From Bacteroidales bacterium (GTDB lineage: Bacteria > Bacteroidota > Bacteroidia > Bacteroidales > FEN-979): a stretch of DNA of 32,000 bases. Location of the stretch: positions 163,179 to 195,178 of the forward strand of contig JBBRTX010000004.1 in assembly GCA_038244085.1 (NCBI GenBank), given 5' to 3'. Positions 10,153-18,724 of this stretch are shown in pieces (position 1 is the stretch's first letter; the number at the start of each line of letters is the position of its first letter). A program made the translations under genes and the position numbers. The notes under the pieces are model-generated. The model was given only the letters and a program-made list of their open reading frames with translations. It was not told the DNA's origin and did not search any database.

Positions 10153-10521
10153 CTAGTCTATCATCCCCCAAAATGGCATGGTCGCCAGGACACCCAAAAT
10201 GATCAGCAGCACCACTAAGAAAACCACGATTGAAATTACAAGTCCGATGATTGCACAAATCCGGCCCGCCTTAATGTTGTTCAGGGAACTCAATGTGTAT
10301 TTTTCCGGGTTCATCCGGTATAACATCAGGTCTTTAGATGAGAAAGACAAGGTGATGATGCTCAGCACAAAACCAATGATCGAAAACAGGTGCCACCAGC
10401 AAAAAGCGATGGACAGAATGCCAAGGATCAGTACAGTGTTGGCATTGGGCAAGTTATGTTGAGAGAGGAGGGAGTCGAAATTCTGCTTTTCTTGGTTACT
10501 CCTGGTCGGATAATCTTCCAT
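10153..10521 (-). CDS. Small membrane protein resembling the Bacteroidota 'CCC motif' membrane protein family (here CWW instead of CCC)
   Basis: 122 aa. LPNANTVLILGILSIAFCWW...KDLMLYRMNPEKY...GRICAIIGLVISIV matches my recollection of that family's layout (2-3 TM helices with an amphipathic loop). Family assignment is from memory only. Confidence 0.5.
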   Translation of the reverse strand: MEDYPTRSNQEKQNFDSLLSQHNLPNANTVLILGILSIAFCWWHLFSIIGFVLSIITLSFSSKDLMLYRMNPEKYTLSSLNNIKAGRICAIIGLVISIVVFLVVLLIILGVLATMPFWGMID

Positions 10522-10594
10522 TGATCAGCGCTTTTAATTAAAGTAAAATTAGTTGTATTTTATTTCCTTTAAAAAAAAATGCTGAAAAAATGCA

Positions 10595-11524
10595 CTAAAA
10601 ATAAACCGGATGAAACCTGAATTTGCCTAAGGTGTTGTATTCCAGTGCCGGGAATGGGATTTTGATAAAGTTCAATAAAACAAAAACGGACCGCAGGGTT
10701 TTGGAACGCGTTTTAATTCTCGTAAGATCTACATCAAGAGAAAGATAAAACTTCCGGTACCTTGTGAAATCCTGTATTTCCCGGTTTACGGTGTTTTGAT
10801 TGGCTCCGGTCATCCCTTCGGCACCATATCCGAAAGCCACATTCAGCCACCTGGGAAACCGTGAACGGGCAGGGAGAAAGGAATGGATGTTCCCTGAAAG
10901 CCAATAGGATTGTCCGTTATAATCTTTAAAGGTATTCTGCAGCAGGTTGGAACCGAGAAGATCAGGACGAAGAGCGGAATACTTTGTATGATGGTAGCTG
11001 TATTTCAACACGAACCGCTGTTCTTTCCAGATCCATTGTTGCCCCATGAACAGCACGCAGCCGGATGTATTCGAGAGAAAATCGCCCACCGAAAACCCCC
11101 AGCCCTTAGAGAAACCATCCAGAATTTCAATATTCAGGAGATAGGCAAACCCGAACAATCCGCCGAACCATACCGATTTGTTCTCATCCACCCCGGCCCA
11201 CCGGTAAGATTCATACCCGATCCGGCTTACATAAAAAGAGGTAGTGGCATGGCCAATCTTGTCCATCTGCATCCATTCGTTGTTGTCGTTGAAAAAATGA
11301 AACCTGCTTTGCGGATAATCCTTGTACCAGGCAAAATACAAACCGGTCAGGGAGGCGAGATATAAGGTTCCCTCCGTAAGAATCACGCCCGTGAGCCTGC
11401 CTTCATGGATTTTTATTGTATCGGCGGGCGGCAGGGAATCCGAATTAGCTGAAAAACCCTGGACAGTGACACCCAGAAGGAGCATAAAAATGAGAACGAT
11501 GTGAAAGGATTTTCCTGCCCTCAT
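10595..11524 (-). CDS. Signal-peptide-bearing envelope protein, DUF2279-like
   Basis: 309 aa. N-terminal hydrophobic signal sequence, MDKIGHATTSFY motif, aromatic-rich beta-type composition. The CDS is well supported; the family call is tentative. Confidence 0.5.
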   Translation of the reverse strand: MRAGKSFHIVLIFMLLLGVTVQGFSANSDSLPPADTIKIHEGRLTGVILTEGTLYLASLTGLYFAWYKDYPQSRFHFFNDNNEWMQMDKIGHATTSFYVSRIGYESYRWAGVDENKSVWFGGLFGFAYLLNIEILDGFSKGWGFSVGDFLSNTSGCVLFMGQQWIWKEQRFVLKYSYHHTKYSALRPDLLGSNLLQNTFKDYNGQSYWLSGNIHSFLPARSRFPRWLNVAFGYGAEGMTGANQNTVNREIQDFTRYRKFYLSLDVDLTRIKTRSKTLRSVFVLLNFIKIPFPALEYNTLGKFRFHPVYF

Positions 11525-11525
11525 A

Positions 11526-12575
11526 TCAGCGGATATTCAGTTTGTTCAGCGCTCTCTGGTATTTCGCCGCATTTCGTGAATGCTGGTCAATGGTGACTGC
11601 AAAAGTATGGTAACCGGAAAGATCGTCTTTTGCACAAAAATACATGTATTCGTGTTTCCGATAGTTCAGCACGGCATCGATAGAAGCAATGGATGGCAGG
11701 CAGATAGGGCCGGGTGGTAAACCCGTATGCAGGTAAGTGTTGTAAGGCGAATCAATGGATTTGTGGAAATTCAGGACTCTCTTAATGGTGTAGTCGTTCA
11801 GCGCGAAAATCAGCGTCGGGTCAGCCTGCAGGGGCCATGATTTTTGAAGACGGTTCATATACACACCTGCAATAATCGGTTTCTCTGCATCTTTGTTGGT
11901 CTCTTTCTCGACGATCGAGGCAAGGGTTATCACTTCCGGGATGGTTAATCCGGTAAGACTGATCTTTTCCACCCGTGTATCGTTCCAGAATTTCTTTTGC
12001 TCTTTGTACATCTTCCGGATGAACTGATCAGCAGAAGTGTTCCAGTAAAATTCATAGGAGTTTGGGATAAACAGGCTGAATGCAGAGGCCGGCGTTACGT
12101 CGAACTGCTGCAGGTATTCCGGATCATTCAGTAACCGGAGTAACTTTATGGAATCGGCCTCAATCTGACTTCCGATCCTGCCTGCCAGATCTTGTTTCGT
12201 TCGGATATTGTTAAAAACCAGCATCACGGGCTCCTGTTTCCCGGAAATCAAAAGGTTAATCAGCTGATTATTGCTCATCCCGTTCTTGATGCGGTAGCGG
12301 CCGGGTTTGATTTTAGTGGCATAATCTTTCTTTGTGGCAACCCATTCAAAGGACTTTGCATTGATCAGGTAATTCTTTTTGTTCAGGGAATCCTTGACAA
12401 CAGAAAAATCTGCCCCTGTCGGAATATAAAGAAAGGTATTCGTTTTTCCATCCATCTGGATGTTTGGTTTGAAGATGTACCAGTAATACCGGAGTCCGAA
12501 AATACAGATCAGGATAATCAGCAAGGAGAATATCCCCGTCAGGACAAGCCGTAATTTTCTTGAACGAAGTTTCAT
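11526..12575 (-). CDS. mltG: Endolytic murein transglycosylase MltG (YceG family)
   Basis: 349 aa. N-terminal TM anchor, then LASIVEKET, LQADPT and YNTYLHTGLPPGPI motifs typical of YceG/MltG. ATGA overlap with the upstream GNAT gene stop (12572-12575). Confidence 0.85.
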   Translation of the reverse strand: MKLRSRKLRLVLTGIFSLLIILICIFGLRYYWYIFKPNIQMDGKTNTFLYIPTGADFSVVKDSLNKKNYLINAKSFEWVATKKDYATKIKPGRYRIKNGMSNNQLINLLISGKQEPVMLVFNNIRTKQDLAGRIGSQIEADSIKLLRLLNDPEYLQQFDVTPASAFSLFIPNSYEFYWNTSADQFIRKMYKEQKKFWNDTRVEKISLTGLTIPEVITLASIVEKETNKDAEKPIIAGVYMNRLQKSWPLQADPTLIFALNDYTIKRVLNFHKSIDSPYNTYLHTGLPPGPICLPSIASIDAVLNYRKHEYMYFCAKDDLSGYHTFAVTIDQHSRNAAKYQRALNKLNIR

Positions 12576-13132
12576 CTGGATGAAAAAAGAAACTGAAACA
12601 TCATTTCATCAGCCCATTGATTATCCTGGTACCGCCATTCTTTTTTCAAACCGCATTGTACAAAACCCAGTTTCTGAAAAAGGCTTATGCTGGCCGCATT
12701 TCCAGTAAGTATTGAACAATAAAGCTGATGAAGTTGCAATATTTCGGATGCATAGGCCTTTAACAGTTCAATGGCTTCGAAGGCATATCCTTTTTCCCGC
12801 TCCTCCGGCAATATCAGGATGCCGATGCCGGCACGACGGTGATGTGGGTCGAAATCGAAAATATCAATCGCCCCGATACATTTTTTTTCTGTTTCTGTGG
12901 ATTTTATATCGATCATCAGTCTCAATTGTTTTTCCGCGTAAATGTCATGTTGCGAAGAAAAAACATACTGTTCAATCTGATACTTCGAGAAGGGCGTAAT
13001 CGTATTTCCGGCTCTCCAAACCAACGGATCATTTTCAAGTTCGAAAAGGAAATGGATATCCGCAGGCTCCACGGCGCGGAGATGCATTCTCTCCGACTGA
13101 AGGATCTTTATTTCTTTTTTGAGTGGTTCCAT
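12572..13132 (-). CDS. GNAT family N-acetyltransferase (RimJ/RimL-like)
   Basis: 186 aa. HRRAGIGILILPEEREKGYAFEAIELL is the acetyl-CoA-binding Q/RxxGxG/A region of GNAT enzymes. Confidence 0.75.
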   Translation of the reverse strand: MEPLKKEIKILQSERMHLRAVEPADIHFLFELENDPLVWRAGNTITPFSKYQIEQYVFSSQHDIYAEKQLRLMIDIKSTETEKKCIGAIDIFDFDPHHRRAGIGILILPEEREKGYAFEAIELLKAYASEILQLHQLYCSILTGNAASISLFQKLGFVQCGLKKEWRYQDNQWADEMMFQFLFSSR

Positions 13133-13198
13133 TTTTTAACTTTCTATAAAGTCAACTACCTGGCAATCAAATTTCAAATACCAAATCCCCGATAAATC

Positions 13199-13990
13199 TC
13201 AAATATTAATTTCACCGCTGAAAACAAAAGTGGCGGCCCCTTCCAGCCAGACATCGGTAAAACGATCCTTATTTCTTTTATAATATACCTTGAGCGGTCC
13301 GCCGTAAGTTTCAACCAGGCATGGCGACTTTTCTATTCCGGTGATAAGCGCAGCAGCCAGTGCCGATGCAGTCACTCCTGTTCCGCAGGATAAAGTTTCC
13401 GCTTCTACACCTCTTTCGTAAGTCCTTACCCGGATATAGTCGGGTTCGATTTTCATGAAATCTACATTGGTTCCTTCCGGATGAAAACTTTCGCGGTACC
13501 TGTTTATCCTTCCTTCCTTGATGATATCAATGCCATCCGGGTCGTCAGCGATTTTAACCAGGTGAGGTGATCCGGTGTTCAGGAAGATCTCTCCAGGGGA
13601 ATAGGAGCCCGGTATGCGGACGTCTTGCATTTTTAGCCTGATCATCGCAATATCATCCCGGTAATCAAGAACAAGGGCCTCATGTTCCCCGTCCATGGCG
13701 GAAAAACGGACTGTCTTTCCTTCAATGCCCAAAAAACGGGCAAAAGAGACGATACACCGACCCCCGTTTCCACACATGGTACTTTCCTTCCCATCGGAAT
13801 TGTAATACCGCATGGCAAAAAGCGTGTCAGTTGAAGAACCGAGCAGGATCAACCCGTCGGCGCCAACACCCCGGTGCCGGTCACATAAAAAGGCTACCTG
13901 GTTCTCCAAGGGTTCCCATTTAAGATCCCGGTTATCAACCAGCAGGAAATCATTTCCTGTGCCGTGGTATTTAAAAAAGTGCAGGTTCAT
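13199..13990 (-). CDS. dapF: Diaminopimelate epimerase
   Basis: 263 aa. FFKYHGTGNDFLLVD, YNSDGKESTMCGNGGRC and ETLSCGTGVTA contain both catalytic-cysteine motifs. Confidence 0.9.
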   Translation of the reverse strand: MNLHFFKYHGTGNDFLLVDNRDLKWEPLENQVAFLCDRHRGVGADGLILLGSSTDTLFAMRYYNSDGKESTMCGNGGRCIVSFARFLGIEGKTVRFSAMDGEHEALVLDYRDDIAMIRLKMQDVRIPGSYSPGEIFLNTGSPHLVKIADDPDGIDIIKEGRINRYRESFHPEGTNVDFMKIEPDYIRVRTYERGVEAETLSCGTGVTASALAAALITGIEKSPCLVETYGGPLKVYYKRNKDRFTDVWLEGAATFVFSGEINI

Positions 13991-14103
13991 CCAAATGTAT
14001 GATTAAAAGCCCAATGGAACGTGCGTATCAGTTTTTACTTTTTGTATGTGCCTAACTTACATACTCGTTTCATGGGACAAAAATAGCCTTTTTTATGAGT
14101 TCA

Positions 14104-14177
14104 GTCACCGACATTTTTCCCCCATCCACCGATATTCCCTGTCCGGGGATGAAATATCCTTCTATTTTTGTCACCGA
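14104..14177 (+). promoter_or_regulatory. Three direct CACCGA-core repeats (GTCACCGAcATTTTT / TCCACCGAtATT / GTCACCGAaTTTTTT), candidate LytTR operator
   Basis: CACCGA occurs at 14106-14111, 14127-14132 and 14172-14177, giving spacings of 21 and 45 bp. The repeats lie in the 219-bp divergent intergenic region upstream of the LiaF-like/kinase/LytTR genes. A near -7 box, TACTTTTA, sits at 14189-14196. Confidence 0.4.
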
Positions 14178-14209
14178 ATTTTTTATCGTACTTTTAACGC
14201 TCTGAAACT

Positions 14210-14956
14210 ATGGAAAACTCAGTTGATCAACCGACAAAACAGAAAGATCTGAAAAAGTTTTCATTTGGCTTTCTGGTCATACTCGCAGGACTTGCCCTAC
14301 TCGCGATTAATTTTGATATCCTTCCTTATTATTTCCGCCATGTGATTTTTTCCTGGCAAATGCTCCTTATCGCCATTGGTGTGATCAGTCTTTCCAGCAG
14401 TGAGAAATCAACTCCCGGTATTATCCTCATCATGATTGGTGGATTTTTTCTGATTCCTGAGATCTTTGACCTGCACATTTCCTTTTCAAGAATTTTCTGG
14501 CCTGTATTACTGATCGCTATTGGAATTTTCATCCTGGTCAAAAGAGGCAATATCCACAATGACAGGTGGCATAGAAGACATACCGGTTTCCGGGAAAGCA
14601 CTTCTTCGCTTGATGAAGGCTTTATCAATGAAACCATTATCTTCAGTGGTTCAAAGCACAGGATCGTTCAACAGGTTTTTCGCGGTGGTAAGATCAGTAC
14701 CCTGTTTGGAGGTTCTGAGATTGACCTAACGCAGGCAAGGCTGGGGGAAGGCCGCAATGAACTGGTGGTTGAATGTATGTTCGGAGGAGTAACCCTTATC
14801 GTACCCAGCGAATGGAGGGTTGTGCTGAATGTCTCTTCCATCATGGGCGGATTTTCGGATAAACGAATGATTTTCCGTCAAAATCCCGACTCACCTGACT
14901 ACCTCGTGGTAAAAGGGACTGCCATCTTCGGCGGCGGTGAAATAAAAAGTATCTGA
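14210..14956 (+). CDS. LiaF-like membrane protein (N-terminal 4-TM region + C-terminal LiaF/DUF2154 'toastrack'-type domain)
   Basis: 248 aa. Four N-terminal TM helices. The C-terminus FGGSEIDLTQARLGEGRNELVVECMFGGVTLIVPSEWRV...IFGGGEI resembles the repeated beta-strand motif of LiaF/YvqF C-terminal domains. Confidence 0.6.
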   Translation: MENSVDQPTKQKDLKKFSFGFLVILAGLALLAINFDILPYYFRHVIFSWQMLLIAIGVISLSSSEKSTPGIILIMIGGFFLIPEIFDLHISFSRIFWPVLLIAIGIFILVKRGNIHNDRWHRRHTGFRESTSSLDEGFINETIIFSGSKHRIVQQVFRGGKISTLFGGSEIDLTQARLGEGRNELVVECMFGGVTLIVPSEWRVVLNVSSIMGGFSDKRMIFRQNPDSPDYLVVKGTAIFGGGEIKSI

Positions 14957-14968
14957 TTCTGATCAGCC

Positions 14969-16027
14969 ATGATAGAACATCCTTTTTTTAAGAATTTCCG
15001 TACCATCATTTTTTACTTCAGTTTATGGATCCTCCTTGCGGGGATCCATTTTTCTTTGCTGTTTTTCTTTTACGGACAAACATTCATCCCATCGGTTACC
15101 GACAGTATCGTTTTCAACGGAATCTTATCCTTGCTCGGATTGGCACTCTGGTACACCATTCGTTTCAGTATCCCTAAAAAACCGACCATTTCAAGTATGA
15201 TTATGTCCCAGGGTCCGTTCCTGGTGATCGTGCTCCTGCTTTGGTTCGGTGCGGGCTTTACGATCCTGAAGACGGTCTTTTCTGACAATAAGGTTTATCT
15301 GCGTCTCCTTGATGATTCCATCCCCTGGAGGATCATCAGCGGAACCATGCTCTACCTGTTGATTACCCTGGTTTATTATCTGTTTATCTACTATAACAAT
15401 CTACAGGAAAAGATTCAGACCGAAGCACGACTCAATGAAATGGTGAAGGAATCAGAATTAAATCTTCTGAAATCTCAAATCAATCCCCACTTTCTCTTTA
15501 ACAGCCTCAACTCAATCAGTTCACTCACGGTGACCAACCCGGAGCAGGCTCGTGAGATGACGGTAAAACTGTCGGATTTCCTTCGGTATTCGGTTTCCCA
15601 GGGGAGCGAAAAGTTTACCTCACTGGATTCGGAAATTGAAAATATCCGGAAGTATCTTGACATCGAGAAAGTAAGATTTGGAAGCAAACTGGTTTATGAA
15701 TTTGATCTGGGAAAAGAGTGTGCAGGCATAAGGATCCCGGTGATGATTCTGCAGCCACTTTACGAAAACGCAGTCAAACACGGTGTTTATGAAAGTACAG
15801 GGGAGGTGACAATCAGAACGACCTGTTGCCGTGAAGAAAACTTTTCGTCCATTTGTATCACCAATAATTTTGAACCCGGTGCTCCTTCCCGAAAAGGAGC
15901 AGGTATCGGGTTGCGGAATATCCGTGACCGTCTTAAACTAATTTACCGAAATGATCAGTTATTAAAAACGGTGGTCACAGGCAATCAATTCGATGTAACA
16001 CTTCTTATCCCTGATAATCCTATATAA
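14969..16027 (+). CDS. LytS/YehU-type sensor histidine kinase (His_kinase PF06580 + HATPase_c)
   Basis: 352 aa. About 4 TM helices, then the LKSQINPHFLFNSLNSI H-box typical of PF06580, QPLYENAVKHG (N-box) and GAGIGLRN (G-box). Confidence 0.85.
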   Translation: MIEHPFFKNFRTIIFYFSLWILLAGIHFSLLFFFYGQTFIPSVTDSIVFNGILSLLGLALWYTIRFSIPKKPTISSMIMSQGPFLVIVLLLWFGAGFTILKTVFSDNKVYLRLLDDSIPWRIISGTMLYLLITLVYYLFIYYNNLQEKIQTEARLNEMVKESELNLLKSQINPHFLFNSLNSISSLTVTNPEQAREMTVKLSDFLRYSVSQGSEKFTSLDSEIENIRKYLDIEKVRFGSKLVYEFDLGKECAGIRIPVMILQPLYENAVKHGVYESTGEVTIRTTCCREENFSSICITNNFEPGAPSRKGAGIGLRNIRDRLKLIYRNDQLLKTVVTGNQFDVTLLIPDNPI

Positions 16028-16167
16028 ATCGCGATGCCGGATGGCGGGGATTTGTAATGCGCTCCTTGCACAAACCTTGAAAGCAAGGGTTTCGAACCCC
16101 TGCTGCAAATGCAAAATTTGGAATTTGATGTAAATTGTGATAAAGGCTATTATTAACACCAAACAAG

Positions 16168-16917
16168 ATGAGTATCAAAACCCTGATCATTGATGACGAG
16201 CAGCCCGCGAGGGATCTCATTCATCATTATCTGAATGCACATGCCGAAATTGAAATCCTGGGAGAATTTCCCGATGGATTTTCCGGAGCAAAAGCCATAC
16301 AGGATCTGAAACCTGACCTGATCTTCCTGGATATCCAGATGCCGAAGATCACCGGATTTGAAATGCTCGAACTGATCGACGAACCACCGGTCGTGATCTT
16401 CTCCACAGCCTATGATCAATATGCCATTAAGGCTTTCGAGATGAATGCCGTAGATTATCTCCTGAAACCCTATTCAAAGGAACGATTTGATCAGGCATTG
16501 CAGAAGGCGATACAAAAGGTTAGTGGCAAGACGCCAGGATCTGCCAATATCAAAGCGGTTTTAACAGCCGTCGATGAAAAAACAGAACACCTTCAGCGCA
16601 TCGCAGTGAAATCGCGTCACAAAATTGATGTAATCCCGGTATCCGAAATCATACACATCCAGGCAGAAGATGACTATGTGATGCTTCATACAGCGACCAA
16701 CAAATACCTGAAGGAAAAAACGATGAAGTATTTTGAAACGCATCTGGAGCCCGGCCGATTCATCCGGATCCACCGTTCCTATATCGTTAATGCCGATTTT
16801 ATTTCGCGTCTTGAGCTATATGATAAAGAAAGTTACGCGGTGATACTGAAAAACGGAACCAGCCTGAAAGCCAGCAATGCAGGATATAAATTACTGAAAG
16901 AAACGTTGCATCTGTAG
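16168..16917 (+). CDS. LytR/AlgR family response regulator (REC + LytTR DNA-binding domain)
   Basis: 249 aa. IIDDE...DLIFLDIQMP receiver motifs. The C-terminal ...IHIQAEDDYVMLHT...FIRIHRSYIVN is the LytTR signature. Confidence 0.9.
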   Translation: MSIKTLIIDDEQPARDLIHHYLNAHAEIEILGEFPDGFSGAKAIQDLKPDLIFLDIQMPKITGFEMLELIDEPPVVIFSTAYDQYAIKAFEMNAVDYLLKPYSKERFDQALQKAIQKVSGKTPGSANIKAVLTAVDEKTEHLQRIAVKSRHKIDVIPVSEIIHIQAEDDYVMLHTATNKYLKEKTMKYFETHLEPGRFIRIHRSYIVNADFISRLELYDKESYAVILKNGTSLKASNAGYKLLKETLHL

Positions 16918-16926
16918 AACGATTCG

Positions 16927-18351
16927 TTAATCCGCCTTCACAATGCGATGAATCTTGATAAAATTGGTTCCTCCGGGATGGGCGGGGATTCCCGCTAACA
17001 GAAGGATCTGGTCGTCATTTTTCACCAGCCCGAGTTGAAGCAGGACTGAGGATGCCATTTTCGTCATGTCATTCATATTATCAGGATGCAGGCCTACCAG
17101 GAAGGGCCTGACGCCCCATAAAAGGTTGAGGGTATGGTAGGCTTTCTCGTTGGTTGTTATTGCGAAAACCGGCGTTTTGGGTCTTTCGGCAGCCACAAAT
17201 GCAGCGCTTCGACCGCTGGTAGTCAGAACCACAATGCCTGACAAATCAATAATGTGTTCGATATGGTTGACAGCACTGCTTAGCGCAACAATGGGTGAAT
17301 CTCCTGTGGGCGGGTAATTCTTGAAATCGATTTTTGATTCAACATCACAACAGATCTTATGCATCATTTCCACCGCTTTTACGGGAAAGTCGCCCATAGC
17401 CGTTTCTCCCGACAGCATAATCGCATCGGTGCCGTCGATGATCGCGTTGGCAACATCACTGGCTTCGGCGCGGGTAGGCCGGGGTTCATGGATCATGCTT
17501 TCCAGCATCTGAGTGGCTGTTATAACCGGTTTACCTACCCGGTTACAGCGTTCAATGATTTGTTTCTGCAGCATAGGTACTCTTTCAGGACTCATTTCCA
17601 CGCCTAAGTCCCCACGCGCTACCATGATGCCATCTGCTTCAGCAACAATCTCTTCAAGATGATCGATGGCCTGAGGTTTTTCAATTTTCGCGATGACCGG
17701 TGTTGCAAATCCTTTACCGGCGATAATTCTTTTTAGTTCCTGCACATCATCTGCCTTCCGGACGAAACTGAGGGAGATCCAGTCTACCCCCATGGAAAGC
17801 CCGAATTCCAGATCTTTAAGATCCTTATCCGTGAGGGAAGGCAATTTCAGGTTGAGGTTAGGAAAGTTAACCCCTTTTCTGCTTTTGATAATGCCTCCCT
17901 CCACCACCAGGCATTTTACCTCTGTGCCTTCTATACCGGTTACTGTAAATTCAAAGAGTCCGTCTGCAAGCAGCACCTGCATTCCCGGCCGGGCTTCTTC
18001 TGCCAGATAGGGATAATCAACCGGGATTTTCCCTGATTCATCCTGATAACCTGCTTCCGGAACCAGCGAAATAACATCACCCTTCCTGACTTCGATTTCT
18101 CCATTGTGGAGTTTTCCGACCCGAATCTTAGGGCCCTGAAGGTCTTGCAACAGGGTTACCGGGGTCTTTAATTCCTCAGAAATGCTTCGTATGGTGCGGA
18201 TCACTTTTTCATGTTCCTCATAACTGCCGTGGGAAAAATTTAACCTGGCTACATCCATCCCCGCATGAATCAATGCCCGGATTATTTCGGGTGAATTACT
18301 GGATGGACCGATGGTGGCAATAATTTTAGTACGTCGCAGGAGAGGTTGCAT
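16927..18351 (-). CDS. pyk: Pyruvate kinase
   Basis: RRTKIIATIGPSS, MVARGDLGVE and ATQMLESM motifs. Start set at ATG 18351 (MQPLLRRTKII...). The 32-codon hydrophobic/Cys-rich extension in the ORF track is not typical of pyruvate kinases. Confidence 0.9.
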   Translation of the reverse strand: MQPLLRRTKIIATIGPSSNSPEIIRALIHAGMDVARLNFSHGSYEEHEKVIRTIRSISEELKTPVTLLQDLQGPKIRVGKLHNGEIEVRKGDVISLVPEAGYQDESGKIPVDYPYLAEEARPGMQVLLADGLFEFTVTGIEGTEVKCLVVEGGIIKSRKGVNFPNLNLKLPSLTDKDLKDLEFGLSMGVDWISLSFVRKADDVQELKRIIAGKGFATPVIAKIEKPQAIDHLEEIVAEADGIMVARGDLGVEMSPERVPMLQKQIIERCNRVGKPVITATQMLESMIHEPRPTRAEASDVANAIIDGTDAIMLSGETAMGDFPVKAVEMMHKICCDVESKIDFKNYPPTGDSPIVALSSAVNHIEHIIDLSGIVVLTTSGRSAAFVAAERPKTPVFAITTNEKAYHTLNLLWGVRPFLVGLHPDNMNDMTKMASSVLLQLGLVKNDDQILLLAGIPAHPGGTNFIKIHRIVKAD

Positions 18352-18662
18352 AATTTTTTTTACAAAGGTAAAAGGTATAACCCAAATAGCAGTAAATAAA
18401 CAAACGGGGCCGATGATACAACATGACAATTTTTGTAATTCATTCAATATGATTATATTTTTAAATCGATGTATGACTGTAATCCCGGGCTTTCTCGATG
18501 TGTTTTTTACCGCATAGTTAACCTAACAAGTGTTCTGAAATTTTACAGAAGAAATTCGGTTTGTATTTGTAAATATCTTGTTTTCAGTATGATTCATCGT
18601 AGAATTTTATCTTTACACCCTATAAATAATGTGACAAAATATTTTTTTGTATTAAATTTATT

Positions 18663-18670
18663 TATATTTG
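18663..18670 (+). promoter_or_regulatory. Candidate Bacteroidota -7 box (TATATTTG fits TAnnTTTG) upstream of the hybrid kinase gene
   Basis: Exact TAnnTTTG match 55 nt upstream of ATG 18725. A TTTG at 18646-18649 is closer than the usual -33 spacing, so support is weak. Confidence 0.25.
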
Positions 18671-18724
18671 GGGAAATATTTTCTGGGTTATTCGATTCGC
18701 TGCGATTTTCCTTTTAGGGTTTAC

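Noticed and set aside
10148-10258. 37-codon N-terminal extension of nnr in the ORF track (MCNHRTCNF...)
   Set aside because: It overlaps the 3' end of the upstream membrane-protein gene. The conserved YjeF_N domain begins at MKILSAGQIHEAD (ATG 10147).
14046-14252. 68-aa ORF in the dapF/liaF-like intergenic region with a curious HR-x periodicity
   Set aside because: The periodicity is the translation of the CACCGA DNA repeats (cac cga = His-Arg). The ORF overlaps the start of the LiaF-like gene and is better explained as regulatory DNA.
16083-16110. tRNA-like T-arm (GGG-TTTCGAA-CCC; on the minus strand AGGGG-TTCGAAA-CCCTT)
   Set aside because: On neither strand could I find a matching acceptor stem, D-arm or anticodon arm at tRNA distances. 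It is not a tRNA gene. At most it is a fragment or a coincidental hairpin (reported separately as competing hairpins).
16915-16930. 11-bp palindrome AACGATTCGTT between the convergent LytTR regulator and pyk genes
   Set aside because: The loop would be only 1 nt, so it cannot form a stable hairpin terminator. It is short enough to occur by chance.
18352-18447. 32-codon hydrophobic, Cys-rich N-terminal extension of pyruvate kinase that might suggest a membrane anchor
   Set aside because: Pyruvate kinases begin close to the RRTKIIATIGP motif. ATG 18351 gives the canonical N-terminus, and the extension runs into AT-rich promoter-like DNA.
18668-18682. Sigma54-like TGGGGA-AATAT-TTTC upstream of the hybrid kinase
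   Set aside because: It lacks the G of the -12 GC as well as most -24 flanking positions. It also overlaps a better housekeeping-type -7 box (TATATTTG).
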